A stretch of DNA of 64,000 nt, from NCBI GenBank assembly GCA_000433515.1, contig FR891099.1, forward strand, positions 397 through 64,396, written 5' to 3'. The DNA is from Candidatus Colimorpha enterica. Its GTDB lineage: Bacteria > Bacillota > Clostridia > Oscillospirales > CAG-272. Every line of letters starts with the position of its first letter. The stretch's first letter is position 1. A model generated the notes under the pieces. That model ran no database searches and was not told the origin of the DNA. It worked only from the letters and a program-made list of their open reading frames with translations. Shown here piece after piece: positions 27,151 to 36,528 of the stretch. Made by a program: the position numbers and the translations under genes.

Positions 27151-30100
27151 TTATCTCGCATCACGGCTGTCTGCTCGGTCCGGTTCTTCTGCTTCTTCAC
27201 TGCGTTCACTGTCAACGATTTCATTGTCCTTCTTATCCATATCGAGAAGCGTGTTCAGTTCTGCAAGACGGGTGGACTTTGTCTTTAGCTCCTCCTCATG
27301 CGGAAAGGGCTTTTGGGACTCCACCTTTGCATTTTCAAGCTGAACCTTGGTATCTTCAAGCTGCTCCTTGCAGGAAATTTGTCTCTCCGGCATTGCACCG
27401 ATCGCATTATCCAGTCGCAGAATATTACCGAAAATATCTGTGCCGAGAACAACGGTGTGCCGAAGCTCACCGATAAGAACTATCTTGTATTCTTTGCTGA
27501 AGGTGTCAAAGGACAGTTCCATATAAAAGCCACGGTAAGAGCCGAGCCTAATCGGGTCGGGATTGGTCATTGCTTTGCAGGCGGCAATAATTGCTTCGCC
27601 GGCTTCTTTTTTGTCGGTGAAATTAAAGCCCTTAATATCCATACCGCAAAAGCTGTCTTTGTCTCCAACGGGGTGATTTTCGGCAGTGGCGATATCCTTA
27701 TCATAGCCCTTGATGCGTTCTTCCAAAGCCGCAATTTTCTGTGGGAACTCCTTATGGATTTTATCCTCTAACGAATAAATCTGACTAAGGTGGTTGGCTT
27801 TGAGAAGTTTAAGCCTGGACACATCAATATCCAAGTCCATTTTCTCTTTAATATACGGATTACCCGTACAAAGTGCCTTTATTTCGGCATAGGAGAGAGC
27901 CTGTTCGTCCACATCCTCCGCAGAGCGCACAGGACTTTTTGATGTCATAATCTGCCCGATAAACTTCTGCTTACTCTCTACCAACTGATACAGATAACTG
28001 TCAAAGGTGTTTTCGGTGACATAGGTGAATATCTCGACTTCGGGGTTATCGTTGCCTTGTCGGATAATGCGTCCCTCACGCTGCTGCAAATCCGACGGTC
28101 TCCAAGGGCAGTCAAGGTGATGCAGGGCAATCAGCTTTTTCTGCACATTTGTGCCTGCACCCATTTTTTGAGTGGAACCGATCAGTACTCTGACCTGACC
28201 GCTTCGCACCTTGCCGAAAAGCTCTTTTTTCTGCATTTCTGTGTTTGCGGAATGGATATAGGCGATTTCTTCCTTGGGTACTCCTTTTGCAATAAGTTTA
28301 TCCCGCAAATCATCGTATACATTAAAACTACCGTCGCCGTGCGGCGTGGATAGGTCACAGAATACCATCTGTGTAGACCGCTCATCCGCAGTTTTCTGCC
28401 AGATGTCAAATACATTATCGGCACAGGCAGACACCTTGCTCGTTTCGCTGTCGGGGAGCATTTCATTTATCATACGCTGGTCGAGTGCAAGCTTTCGTCC
28501 GTCGTTTGTGATAAGAAGCATATTATCAACGCTTGAGTCCACCATCTTGTTGCGTACTTTCTCGGCTCGCTCGGATAGTGACTTCACCATTTCCTTTTGC
28601 TGCTCGGACGGTTTTAAGACCACATTATGATAATTTGCTTTCGGGACGGGTAAGTTTAACATATCCGCCGTTTGAATATCCGCTGTTTCCTTAAACAAGG
28701 ACATCAGCTCCGGCAGGTTGTAGAACTTAGCAAATCGTGTTTTTGCACGGTATCCGCTGCCTTCGGGCGCAAGCTCGATTGCCGTCACCGTCTCACCGAA
28801 GGTAGACGCCCAACTGTCAAAGTGAATTAGGTTGTTCCGTTTCAGCAGGTTGTACTGCAAATACTTCTGCATAGTATAAAGCTCTACCATAGAGTTGGAA
28901 ATGGGCGTACCGGTTGCGAACACAACACCTTTTCCGCCCGTTAGCTCGTCAAGATAACGGCACTTCATATAAAGGTCACTTGACTTTTGAGCCTCAGTTT
29001 GAGAGATACCGCCCACATTACGCATTTTCGTAAATGCGGCGAGGTTTTTGTAGTAATGCGCTTCATCAATAAATAAACGGTCAACGCCAAGTTCTTCAAA
29101 GGTCACGACATCGTCCTTTCGGGTTTGGTCATTTAACTTATCGAGCTTTTGTTTGACCGTCTTTTTTGACTTTTCAAGCTGTTTGATTGAGAAGTTTTCG
29201 CCGCGATTCTTTTTAAGCTCCGCAATACCGTTCATGATTTCCTCAAGCTGTTGGCTGAGAATAGCCTGCTGTCGTTCAATCGACATAGGTATCTTTTCAA
29301 ACTGGCTGTGCCCGATAATAATAGCATCGTAATCACCGGTGGCAATTCTGCCGCAGAATTTCTTACGGTTCTTGGTTTCAAAGTCCTTTTTGCTTGCCAC
29401 AAGAATATTGGCAGACGGGTAAAGCTGAAGGTACTCCGCCGCCCACTGCTCGGTCAGGTGGTTCGGTACTACAAATAGGCTCTTTTGACAAAGCCCCAGG
29501 CGTTTGCTCTCTTGTGCCGCCGCAACCATTTCAAATGTCTTGCCGGCACCTACCACATGAGCAAGCAAGGTATTACCTCCGTAAAGAATATGGGCGATGG
29601 CGTTGACCTGATGGGGGCGCAGTGTGATTTCGGGGTTAATACCGACAAAGTTCAAATGCTCGCCGTTATACTCACGGGGACGAATGCTGTTAAACTTTTC
29701 GTTATACAGCTTGCAAAGCCTGTCCCGTCGCTCCTGATCCTTCCATATCCAGTCGGCAAAAGCGTCCTTGATAAGCTGCTGTTTGCCCTGTGCAATGGCA
29801 GTCTCTTTTTTATTAAGCACCGGCTTTTTGTTTCCGTTTTCGTCCTCCACATAATCAAAGATACGCACATCACGGAGGTTAAGCGTTTCTTCAATGATTT
29901 TGTAGCCGTTGATTCTGCTTGTGCCGTAGGTGTTATATACCTTGATATTTCCTCTGTCGTAGGACTTGCCCTCAATATTCCATTCACCCGTGTACTCCGA
30001 ATAGTGCACATGGATGTTCCAAGAGATATACCTTGCCGTGCTGAAAAGCTCGAACATAAACTGCTCAACATCCTCCGGCGGCAGCCAAGTAGCGCCGAGC

Positions 30101-33100
30101 CTGACGGATATTTCACTTGCAGTAAGGTCTTTCGGCATAACCTCGGATAGTGCCCTTACATTGACTTCAAAAGTAGCATCGCTCTCAGCCGCCGTCTTTG
30201 CAACTGCAAGCTTCTCTCGGACATTACCCGACAGATACTCATCGGCGGGTATATATTTCGGCTCAGAAGAACCTTCGGCATAAAACGGGTTAAGGAAGAT
30301 AACCCCCGAAAGGTCTTCGGCAATTTCTTCCTCGCTTTTTCCTGTCAGCCCGCACATATACAGGATATCTATCTTTGTTTTCTCCGCAAGGGATAAAGCC
30401 AAGGCTTCGGATGCCGTATCCACGCTTGTCACCGTAACCTTTTGCTTTATGGTTCGCTTTGAGAACATATCCGCTTTACGGACAAAGTTGCCCTCATCGT
30501 CAAGCACTTCAAGGGAAGAAAGTAAACTGTAAGAACTGTCGGAATTGAAAGCAGAATTGTTCGCCCTTGAATTGATAAGTCCGTATTTTTTGCTGAAAGC
30601 GTCATACAGCTCGTTGAGCTTTTCCTGTTCTGCTTTAATGTCCGATTCGGGATAATCTTCGGTTTGGTATTCAATAAGTGTTCTCACACAGTCCCGAATC
30701 CCGATCATACCCTTAATGCGGTTTTCGGCGGTTACGGATACATCAACGGGCTTCATGCGGCTGTTTTCACGGTAATAGATTTTGCCGTCAACTACCGTGT
30801 AGCTGAAATTACGAACCTCGGGATCGGCAGGGATAGACAGGTCTTCATCCTCATCGGTCAGATCTTCGTATTCATATTCCGTAACCTCCGCATGGATGTT
30901 TTCTATGGCTTGCGTCAACTGCTCCGCAAGGCTTTGATCCTCATAGGCGATACAGGCTGACTGCATACTGTGCGGACCGGTTATCATTTTCATTTCGCCC
31001 ATAATCATATCGGGATTATCCACAAAGTAGCTGTTCATCTTGATACCGTTTTCATCGGTGCCGAGATGCACCCAATCGGGTTCAATGTCAATAAGCCTGT
31101 CACGCTTTTGCAGAAAGATAATGTCCGAAGTAACTTCCGTTCCTGCGGCGTCCTTAAAGGTATTGTTCGGCAGCCTTATAGCACCGAGCAGGTCGGCTCT
31201 TTGTGCAATATACTTTCGGATTGCCGGATTTTCTTTATCCATCGTACCCTTAGAAGTAATAAAAGCAATGAGACCTCCCGGTCGCACCTTATCAAGCGTT
31301 CGGGCAAAAAAGTAGTCATGAATCAGGAAATTATGCTTGTCATACCGCTTGTCAGGCACTTTGAACTGTCCGAACGGGACGTTGCCAACCGCCGCATCAA
31401 AGAAGCTGTCCGGCAGCTTTGTGTCCTCAAAGCCCTGCACGGCAATACTGTTTTTCTGATAAAGCTGCTGTGCGATTCTTCCCGAAACTGCGTCAAGCTC
31501 AATACCGTAGAATTTAGCGTCCTTCATACTGTCGGGGACAAGTCCCATAAAGTTGCCGATACCGCAGGAAGGCTCCAACACATTGCCGCTCTTGAAATTC
31601 ATATTTTCAAAAGCCTTGTATATTGCCTTGATAACAACGGGCGGCGTATAAAAGGCGGTCAATGCAGACTCCCTTGCCGACGCATATTCGTCCTCCGAAA
31701 GCAGTTCCTTCAGCTCTGCATAATGGGGATTGGTTTCTTCAAAGAACTGCGGCAGACCGCCCCAACCCACATAAGCGGATAAGATGCTCTGTTCGGTGCC
31801 GTTAGCAAGTCGGTGTTCTGCTTCAAGCTTTCGTAAAAGCTGAATGGCGTGGACATTGTTATAGAATCGGTCAAGCGGAGTACCTACGCCGATGTTATCG
31901 TCCTCTATGCGAAAATTTGTACGGTAATCGCTCTTGATTTCGGGGAATATGATGCTCGGAGACAGTTTCCCTTGCTTCTTTTGTTCGGGCGGAGGCGCAA
32001 GCGTATCTTCAGTTTTTTCTTTAACCGATGAAACAATCCGTCTTATCTGAAGCTTATCCCCGGGTTCATGGGTTACAGCTACTACATCATAACCGGCGTC
32101 CAATAGCTTTTGGGTATATTCCTCGGTTTTGAATACGGGAAAGCCGCACATCGGTGTGCTGATTGATTTATTTTCAAATGTTCTCTTTGTAATGGTCAAA
32201 TCAAGCACTTCGTGTGCAATTTTCGTATCTTGTTCACCGAAGATTTCAAAGAAATCGCCGACCCTTTGTATGACAACCGCATCGGGGTTTTCCTTCTTGG
32301 CTTGCTCATACTCATCCCATGGGGACGGAGCACGGTAATCCTTTATCTCTACGCCGTTATGCCCGCAAAGCTCAGTAAAGTCTTTGAGCAATTCACCCGA
32401 AATCTCATTTGGTTTGCCGTATTCGTCATAACTGACAGCATCCTCTACAAGAAACTCATAGAACTGTTTTCCTCGCCAAACATTGTTGTAACCGTCTGTT
32501 GCGACCAACCCATCGTCATCAAAGCTGAGCTTGATATCATCGATGTTCAGCTTATCCAAAACGGCATAAAGAATTTCTGTTTCACGGTCATAAACAGGCA
32601 GGGATACCGGCTCATTTTGCCCAGCCATTCTGTTAAGTTCTGCTTGATGTTCCGATTCAAATTGCTGAATATCCTTGTGAATACCCAGAATGTTTTCGGG
32701 TGTGAACTGAATATAGTCGCAGTCCATCTCATAGTCGTTTTCCGCTTCCATAAAGAACGGCGTGTTGATGTCGGCTAAAAACTGATCCGACATTTCTTCA
32801 AGGTCACTAACGAACTTCTCGGTATTTTCGGGTTGATTTGCAATGTCATACTGCTCGATAAGTTCCTCAAAAACAGAAAAGCTCAAATCGCCCGAAACAT
32901 ACTGACCTCCGGCATCTGCATCGGGATTGAAATATATCCAATGAACGAGATCGTTTCCGCTATCCAGGGATATTCTCACTTTCGTGTTGTCCGGGGTTTC
33001 TTCCGAATCGGAAATAACGCTTTCAACAACATGAAGATACTTGTCGTTCATTGGGTTTTCGCTTACCTTGCGGTCAAATTCCGCCCGTGACATATCTTCG

Positions 33101-35532
33101 CAAAACAACGGGAACTCGCTGTCGTTGAGCGTGACGGTGTCGCCATCAAGGGATAGGATAGAATATTCCTTTATTCCTATATATACCGAATCACCGAGCG
33201 AAAAGCGGTATTCTTTCGGCGGTTCGGGCGGCGGGTTCAGCTCGTCATAGGTTGGCTCAAAGGGTTTTGCTATATCGCCGGCTAAGGCTTCAAGCATTCT
33301 TTCAGCCCGTTCGGTCAGGTGGGTTTTTGAGTCAATAATCTTTTGAAGTGACTCACGCATTAACGGCAAGATAAACGGCTTGCCGGAAACATACTCACAA
33401 CGCTTTTCTCCGGCAGTAAACTTTGACGCACAATCGCCAAGCTCGAACATAGAAAGAACGGCACTCTCATTACCGAGCTGCCGTTCAAAATCATTGTAGT
33501 CCTCAAAAATAGAGCGAAATTCCTTCATAAGCTCAGAACGCTTACTCCTGTTATCCGCTTCGCGCTTATACGCAGGATACGCTTCTCTTTCAGCCGGTGT
33601 TAAATACCTATCGACCTTTATAAGCTCACCGATACGCTTTTCGGCGGCATTCCATGTGATTTGGTATTCAACTCTGTCGGAGTTTCCGGTAATACCCTTT
33701 GATATTTCAATGCCCTTTCCGTCGTGTTGCTCCCAATATCCGCTTTCGGGTAATGCGTTTGAATGTCCGCCTGTTCCGTATTCGGATTTCAAAAAAGCAA
33801 TGTTTTTCTCTTTGCTTTCCTGTTTTGAAAACTGCTCATAAATACGGAGTTTACTTTGCGAATAGTCGCTACCTCGGCAAAGCACATAGTCGATTGCCTC
33901 TTGGGGCAGCACAAACTTCTTATTCTTTTCGTTTTTAGCTTCTTCAATGAGCCTTATCTGTTCGCCGACAGTGGGTAGGGACTGTTCATCCGGGCTGAGC
34001 CATTCGTGCAAAAGCATCAGTCCGTAGATCTTGTTTGCAATGCGCTCCCAGCTCATAAAATCCTCTTTTTCACGGGTGAGATAACTGCCGCGCCACATGG
34101 TAAGCAAATCTTCATAGGCACGGTAGCCTACACGCTGACCGCTCTCAAGAATATGCTCTACATAGGTGTTGTCAAAGAAGCCTTTAATAAAATTACCACG
34201 CTCCCTGCGGTCCTCATGTTCCGCAAAAAACGTGGCAATTTCTTTTCGATGGTCTTTTAAGGCAATACAGTTGCGAAGCAGCTCGGCTTTTTCATCATCC
34301 TCGTGATAATACGGGATTTCACTGCGGGCGTCGTAATCGTGACCGCTTAGCTGTAGACGATTTCCTTCAGCACGATTTCCTCCGCTGATGCCTTGATGTT
34401 GTTCATCATCTGCACCCACTTCATTTGGTCGGTCGCTTTCAGGGTTTCGTTCACGCCCTGCGCTTTCGCCATTTCTGTTGTCAGCTTCTCCATCATCTCG
34501 GTCGCTTGACGGTCTATCTGTTCCAGATGTCCGTTCAGCTTGCCCGTCAGTTGAAGCCCCGATAACATCGTTTTCCTGTGATTCTTTAGAAATGTGTGGC
34601 GCAGCATTCCATATTTCCCGATCTTCGGGCTGTCCGGTACTTGGATGTTCGGCAGAAGATAATCTCCCGCCTGTCTGTAGGTCAGTTCCATTTTGGGTAC
34701 TCCTTTCGGTTGTTTTATTTTCGCTTATATTATCCTCAGTTTTATTCGGACTTGCAAATGTGCGATTCTTCTTTTTGCTTTCTCGCTCGGCGGCTTTAAC
34801 TGTTTCGGCAATCTCTTGCAGAACCATTTCGGATATATCACTTCCGGCACAACCGAGAATATTCAATGTTTCTATTGTGTTGAAATTGTATATATCACGG
34901 AAATCTTCGACATCAAAAAATTCCTCTGCGTTATATCCGCATCGGGTAAGAAGCATATACTGAACGCTGTTTTTAAGAAGCCCCCTGAAATACACTTCGG
35001 CATTGAAACTGTCGATTTCCTCAAGAAAACTGCCGTCCCTTACTGAGTTTAACTGCTCGCAATAATCGGTAAGGTTGTCTGTTACGGCAAGGTCGGCGAT
35101 CTTGAACAGCACATCGGTAAAGGTGTTTTTGTTTTCCACCTCGCCGAAGCTGTTTTCCAAGGCTTCGGTCACAAGCTCCTCATACTCCGGCTTCATTGAC
35201 CAAAGCCTTACTTCATTGCCGTAATAACTGTTGGTATCGGAAATATCGAATACATGGCGCAGCTTATACGGCATATTGCGATCCACCAAAAGGGCGATAC
35301 CTTTCGTGCCTCTGTTTACATACCGACCGAGCTTGTTCCACACCTCAATTTCGGCACAGGCAGTAGCACTCGGCTTTTGTGCAAAGATAAGCATTTGGTC
35401 ACGGAAGCTGTATTTGTAGTTATTCGCCGCCGTTTCAAGAAAGCTCATAAAGGTTTCCGGATGTGAGGTAATGTCCTTTGCCGTATGCGCCACCATTTCC
35501 ACGGTAGTTTGAAATTTACTCGGCATTTTCAT
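27151..35532 (-). CDS. 2793-aa polyvalent conjugative-element protein: ArdC-N-like, low-complexity linker, several uncharacterised modules, MutS-domain-I-like, N6-adenine DNA methyltransferase, SNF2-family helicase, coiled-coil tail
   Basis: Single uninterrupted ORF with GAAGGAGG upstream; ATG 35526 has the better spacing. See the sub-features below for motifs. Confidence 0.9.
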   Translation of the reverse strand: MKMPSKFQTTVEMVAHTAKDITSHPETFMSFLETAANNYKYSFRDQMLIFAQKPSATACAEIEVWNKLGRYVNRGTKGIALLVDRNMPYKLRHVFDISDTNSYYGNEVRLWSMKPEYEELVTEALENSFGEVENKNTFTDVLFKIADLAVTDNLTDYCEQLNSVRDGSFLEEIDSFNAEVYFRGLLKNSVQYMLLTRCGYNAEEFFDVEDFRDIYNFNTIETLNILGCAGSDISEMVLQEIAETVKAAERESKKKNRTFASPNKTEDNISENKTTERSTQNGTDLQTGGRLSSAEHPSTGQPEDREIWNAAPHISKESQENDVIGASTDGQAERTSGTDRPSSDRDDGEADNRNGESAGRERNPESDRPNEVGADDEQHQGISGGNRAEGNRLQLSGHDYDARSEIPYYHEDDEKAELLRNCIALKDHRKEIATFFAEHEDRRERGNFIKGFFDNTYVEHILESGQRVGYRAYEDLLTMWRGSYLTREKEDFMSWERIANKIYGLMLLHEWLSPDEQSLPTVGEQIRLIEEAKNEKNKKFVLPQEAIDYVLCRGSDYSQSKLRIYEQFSKQESKEKNIAFLKSEYGTGGHSNALPESGYWEQHDGKGIEISKGITGNSDRVEYQITWNAAEKRIGELIKVDRYLTPAEREAYPAYKREADNRSKRSELMKEFRSIFEDYNDFERQLGNESAVLSMFELGDCASKFTAGEKRCEYVSGKPFILPLMRESLQKIIDSKTHLTERAERMLEALAGDIAKPFEPTYDELNPPPEPPKEYRFSLGDSVYIGIKEYSILSLDGDTVTLNDSEFPLFCEDMSRAEFDRKVSENPMNDKYLHVVESVISDSEETPDNTKVRISLDSGNDLVHWIYFNPDADAGGQYVSGDLSFSVFEELIEQYDIANQPENTEKFVSDLEEMSDQFLADINTPFFMEAENDYEMDCDYIQFTPENILGIHKDIQQFESEHQAELNRMAGQNEPVSLPVYDRETEILYAVLDKLNIDDIKLSFDDDGLVATDGYNNVWRGKQFYEFLVEDAVSYDEYGKPNEISGELLKDFTELCGHNGVEIKDYRAPSPWDEYEQAKKENPDAVVIQRVGDFFEIFGEQDTKIAHEVLDLTITKRTFENKSISTPMCGFPVFKTEEYTQKLLDAGYDVVAVTHEPGDKLQIRRIVSSVKEKTEDTLAPPPEQKKQGKLSPSIIFPEIKSDYRTNFRIEDDNIGVGTPLDRFYNNVHAIQLLRKLEAEHRLANGTEQSILSAYVGWGGLPQFFEETNPHYAELKELLSEDEYASARESALTAFYTPPVVIKAIYKAFENMNFKSGNVLEPSCGIGNFMGLVPDSMKDAKFYGIELDAVSGRIAQQLYQKNSIAVQGFEDTKLPDSFFDAAVGNVPFGQFKVPDKRYDKHNFLIHDYFFARTLDKVRPGGLIAFITSKGTMDKENPAIRKYIAQRADLLGAIRLPNNTFKDAAGTEVTSDIIFLQKRDRLIDIEPDWVHLGTDENGIKMNSYFVDNPDMIMGEMKMITGPHSMQSACIAYEDQSLAEQLTQAIENIHAEVTEYEYEDLTDEDEDLSIPADPEVRNFSYTVVDGKIYYRENSRMKPVDVSVTAENRIKGMIGIRDCVRTLIEYQTEDYPESDIKAEQEKLNELYDAFSKKYGLINSRANNSAFNSDSSYSLLSSLEVLDDEGNFVRKADMFSKRTIKQKVTVTSVDTASEALALSLAEKTKIDILYMCGLTGKSEEEIAEDLSGVIFLNPFYAEGSSEPKYIPADEYLSGNVREKLAVAKTAAESDATFEVNVRALSEVMPKDLTASEISVRLGATWLPPEDVEQFMFELFSTARYISWNIHVHYSEYTGEWNIEGKSYDRGNIKVYNTYGTSRINGYKIIEETLNLRDVRIFDYVEDENGNKKPVLNKKETAIAQGKQQLIKDAFADWIWKDQERRDRLCKLYNEKFNSIRPREYNGEHLNFVGINPEITLRPHQVNAIAHILYGGNTLLAHVVGAGKTFEMVAAAQESKRLGLCQKSLFVVPNHLTEQWAAEYLQLYPSANILVASKKDFETKNRKKFCGRIATGDYDAIIIGHSQFEKIPMSIERQQAILSQQLEEIMNGIAELKKNRGENFSIKQLEKSKKTVKQKLDKLNDQTRKDDVVTFEELGVDRLFIDEAHYYKNLAAFTKMRNVGGISQTEAQKSSDLYMKCRYLDELTGGKGVVFATGTPISNSMVELYTMQKYLQYNLLKRNNLIHFDSWASTFGETVTAIELAPEGSGYRAKTRFAKFYNLPELMSLFKETADIQTADMLNLPVPKANYHNVVLKPSEQQKEMVKSLSERAEKVRNKMVDSSVDNMLLITNDGRKLALDQRMINEMLPDSETSKVSACADNVFDIWQKTADERSTQMVFCDLSTPHGDGSFNVYDDLRDKLIAKGVPKEEIAYIHSANTEMQKKELFGKVRSGQVRVLIGSTQKMGAGTNVQKKLIALHHLDCPWRPSDLQQREGRIIRQGNDNPEVEIFTYVTENTFDSYLYQLVESKQKFIGQIMTSKSPVRSAEDVDEQALSYAEIKALCTGNPYIKEKMDLDIDVSRLKLLKANHLSQIYSLEDKIHKEFPQKIAALEERIKGYDKDIATAENHPVGDKDSFCGMDIKGFNFTDKKEAGEAIIAACKAMTNPDPIRLGSYRGFYMELSFDTFSKEYKIVLIGELRHTVVLGTDIFGNILRLDNAIGAMPERQISCKEQLEDTKVQLENAKVESQKPFPHEEELKTKSTRLAELNTLLDMDKKDNEIVDSERSEEAEEPDRADSRDAR
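28050..29630 (-). other. SNF2-family helicase module
   Basis: LRPHQVNAIAHIL..LLAHVVGAGKTF (motif I), FIDEAHYYKN (motif II), GTPISNS, and STQKMGAGTNVQ..WRPSDLQQREGRIIRQGN (motifs V and VI). Confidence 0.85.
31100..31790 (-). other. N6-adenine DNA methyltransferase module
   Basis: Motif I is VLEPSCGIGNFMG. Motif IV is AVGNVPFGQ. Followed by GGLIAFITS and ...SDIIFLQKR. Confidence 0.8.
32070..32290 (-). other. MutS domain-I-like module
   Basis: PDAVVIQRVGDFFEIFGEQDTKIAHEVLDLTITKRTF..STPMCGFPVFKTEEYTQKLLDAGYDVVAV parallels the MutS N-terminus (GDFYE.F..DA......L.LT.R....PM.G.P......Y...L...G..VA). Confidence 0.7.
34347..34691 (-). CDS. tnpV: TnpV-family protein ORF nested in the +1 frame inside the polyvalent gene
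   Basis: 114 aa: MELTYRQAGDYLLPNIQVPDSPKIGKYGMLRHTFLKNHR...LEQIDRQATEMMEKL..MAKAQGVNETLKATDQMKWVQMMNNIKASAEEIVLKEIVYS. These are the TnpV hallmark blocks as recalled from memory. Its own AAAGGAG lies 8 nt upstream of the ATG. Same strand as the host ORF, offset 841 nt from its first base (841 mod 3 = 1). Confidence 0.65.
   Translation of the reverse strand: MELTYRQAGDYLLPNIQVPDSPKIGKYGMLRHTFLKNHRKTMLSGLQLTGKLNGHLEQIDRQATEMMEKLTTEMAKAQGVNETLKATDQMKWVQMMNNIKASAEEIVLKEIVYS
35230..35526 (-). other. ArdC-N-like domain of the polyvalent protein
   Basis: YKYSFRDQMLIFAQKPSATACAEIEVWNKLGRYVNRGTKGIALLV...VFDISDT. Confidence 0.65.
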
Positions 35533-35541
35533 CCTCCTTCT

Positions 35542-35832
35542 TTACTTTAGTTTTGCTCTCAATAAATTTGCGTTTGTGGCAGACAAGGTCAAAAGATACT
35601 TGTTAAACCTTGCTACTGTCTCAACAATTTCAGAATGAGTTTCGGGGTAATAGTATCCATCCATACAACTGCAAATCGGAATACCGTCTTTTCTAAGGCA
35701 AGATACATAATACCGAATTGCTTCTTCGCTGACCTTAAATCTCATCTTCAACTGCTTGCAAATTATCGCGTTATCTCTGCCGGTATGATATTTCTTAAGG
35801 TATCTGTATAACGCTCTTTTGTCTTTTTGCAT
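35542..35832 (-). CDS. small winged-helix-like DNA-binding protein (putative)
   Basis: Start moved to MQKDKRALYRYLKKYH... (AAAGGAG upstream). ...NAIICKQLKMRFKVSEEAIRYYVSCLRKDGIPICS resembles a wHTH. Confidence 0.5.
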   Translation of the reverse strand: MQKDKRALYRYLKKYHTGRDNAIICKQLKMRFKVSEEAIRYYVSCLRKDGIPICSCMDGYYYPETHSEIVETVARFNKYLLTLSATNANLLRAKLK

Positions 35833-35873
35833 AAGTGTTCTCCTTTCTTTTTTCTCATCTGCCACAGACGGAT

Positions 35874-36428
35874 TTATCTTTCGTATACTTTAACTTTCGG
35901 CTTTTCACCGGGAAATTCCCAGCCGTACACTGCGCCGATTTCATCACCAAGCCTGCGCGTGACCTTTTCAATGTCTTTTTCAGTCGCTTCACCGCAGTAG
36001 AGTTTTTCCTTCAAATCCTCAATCTGCTCATCGGTCACACCGTCCCGATAAGCACGGTATCGGTAATGATTCGTTCCGTCATGATGCACGGCGTCGCAAC
36101 GGAGCTCACCGCACTTGTCAACATACCAAGTGGTATAGTCCGTATCCGAATACAGACAATCACGGATATTGCCGCTGTCGATCTCCTTATATCCGGTGCG
36201 TCTGCCGTACCAAAGTCCGAGATCGCCGACAACCAAAATCGGGGAGGATAACTGTATATCCAAGTTACAGCGTTCATCGTCAAGATTGGCGGCATTGGAA
36301 TCGTACATTTTCTCGTATAACTCATCCTCAGAATAATGGGGATAAAGCTCTTCCAATGATTCACGCCAGTCCTCTAAATCAAGGTCATAGTTCGACCATA
36401 TCAGATGGTCTGTGCCTTCCTGATACAT
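35874..36428 (-). CDS. conjugative-element hypothetical protein
   Basis: 184 aa with AAGGAGG upstream. Acidic and aromatic-rich; no motif recognised. Confidence 0.5.
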   Translation of the reverse strand: MYQEGTDHLIWSNYDLDLEDWRESLEELYPHYSEDELYEKMYDSNAANLDDERCNLDIQLSSPILVVGDLGLWYGRRTGYKEIDSGNIRDCLYSDTDYTTWYVDKCGELRCDAVHHDGTNHYRYRAYRDGVTDEQIEDLKEKLYCGEATEKDIEKVTRRLGDEIGAVYGWEFPGEKPKVKVYER

Positions 36429-36528
36429 TCACATCCTCCTTTCCGTGCTCGGCTTCATATTCACAGATAGGGCAAACCTGTCTGCCCTCCGGGATTTCTC
36501 TGCTGCAGCATACACAAGTTTCGCTCAT
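36385..36528 (-). CDS. 47-aa zinc-ribbon micro-ORF (below the track size cut-off)
   Basis: MSETCVCCSREIPEGRQVCPICEYEAEHGKEDVNVSGRHRPSDMVEL carries a CxxC-x11-CxxC pattern. Its ATG overlaps the stop of the upstream DpnD-like gene (ATGA). Its 3' end overlaps the next gene start. Confidence 0.4.
   Translation of the reverse strand: MSETCVCCSREIPEGRQVCPICEYEAEHGKEDVNVSGRHRPSDMVEL

Noticed and set aside
29652-30116. 154-aa same-strand alternate-frame ORF, plus smaller ones (27285, 28182, 30447, 32547), inside the polyvalent gene
   Set aside because: Unlike the TnpV-like ORF, they have no RBS and no recognisable family signature, and their S/R/T/L-rich sequence looks like out-of-frame noise.
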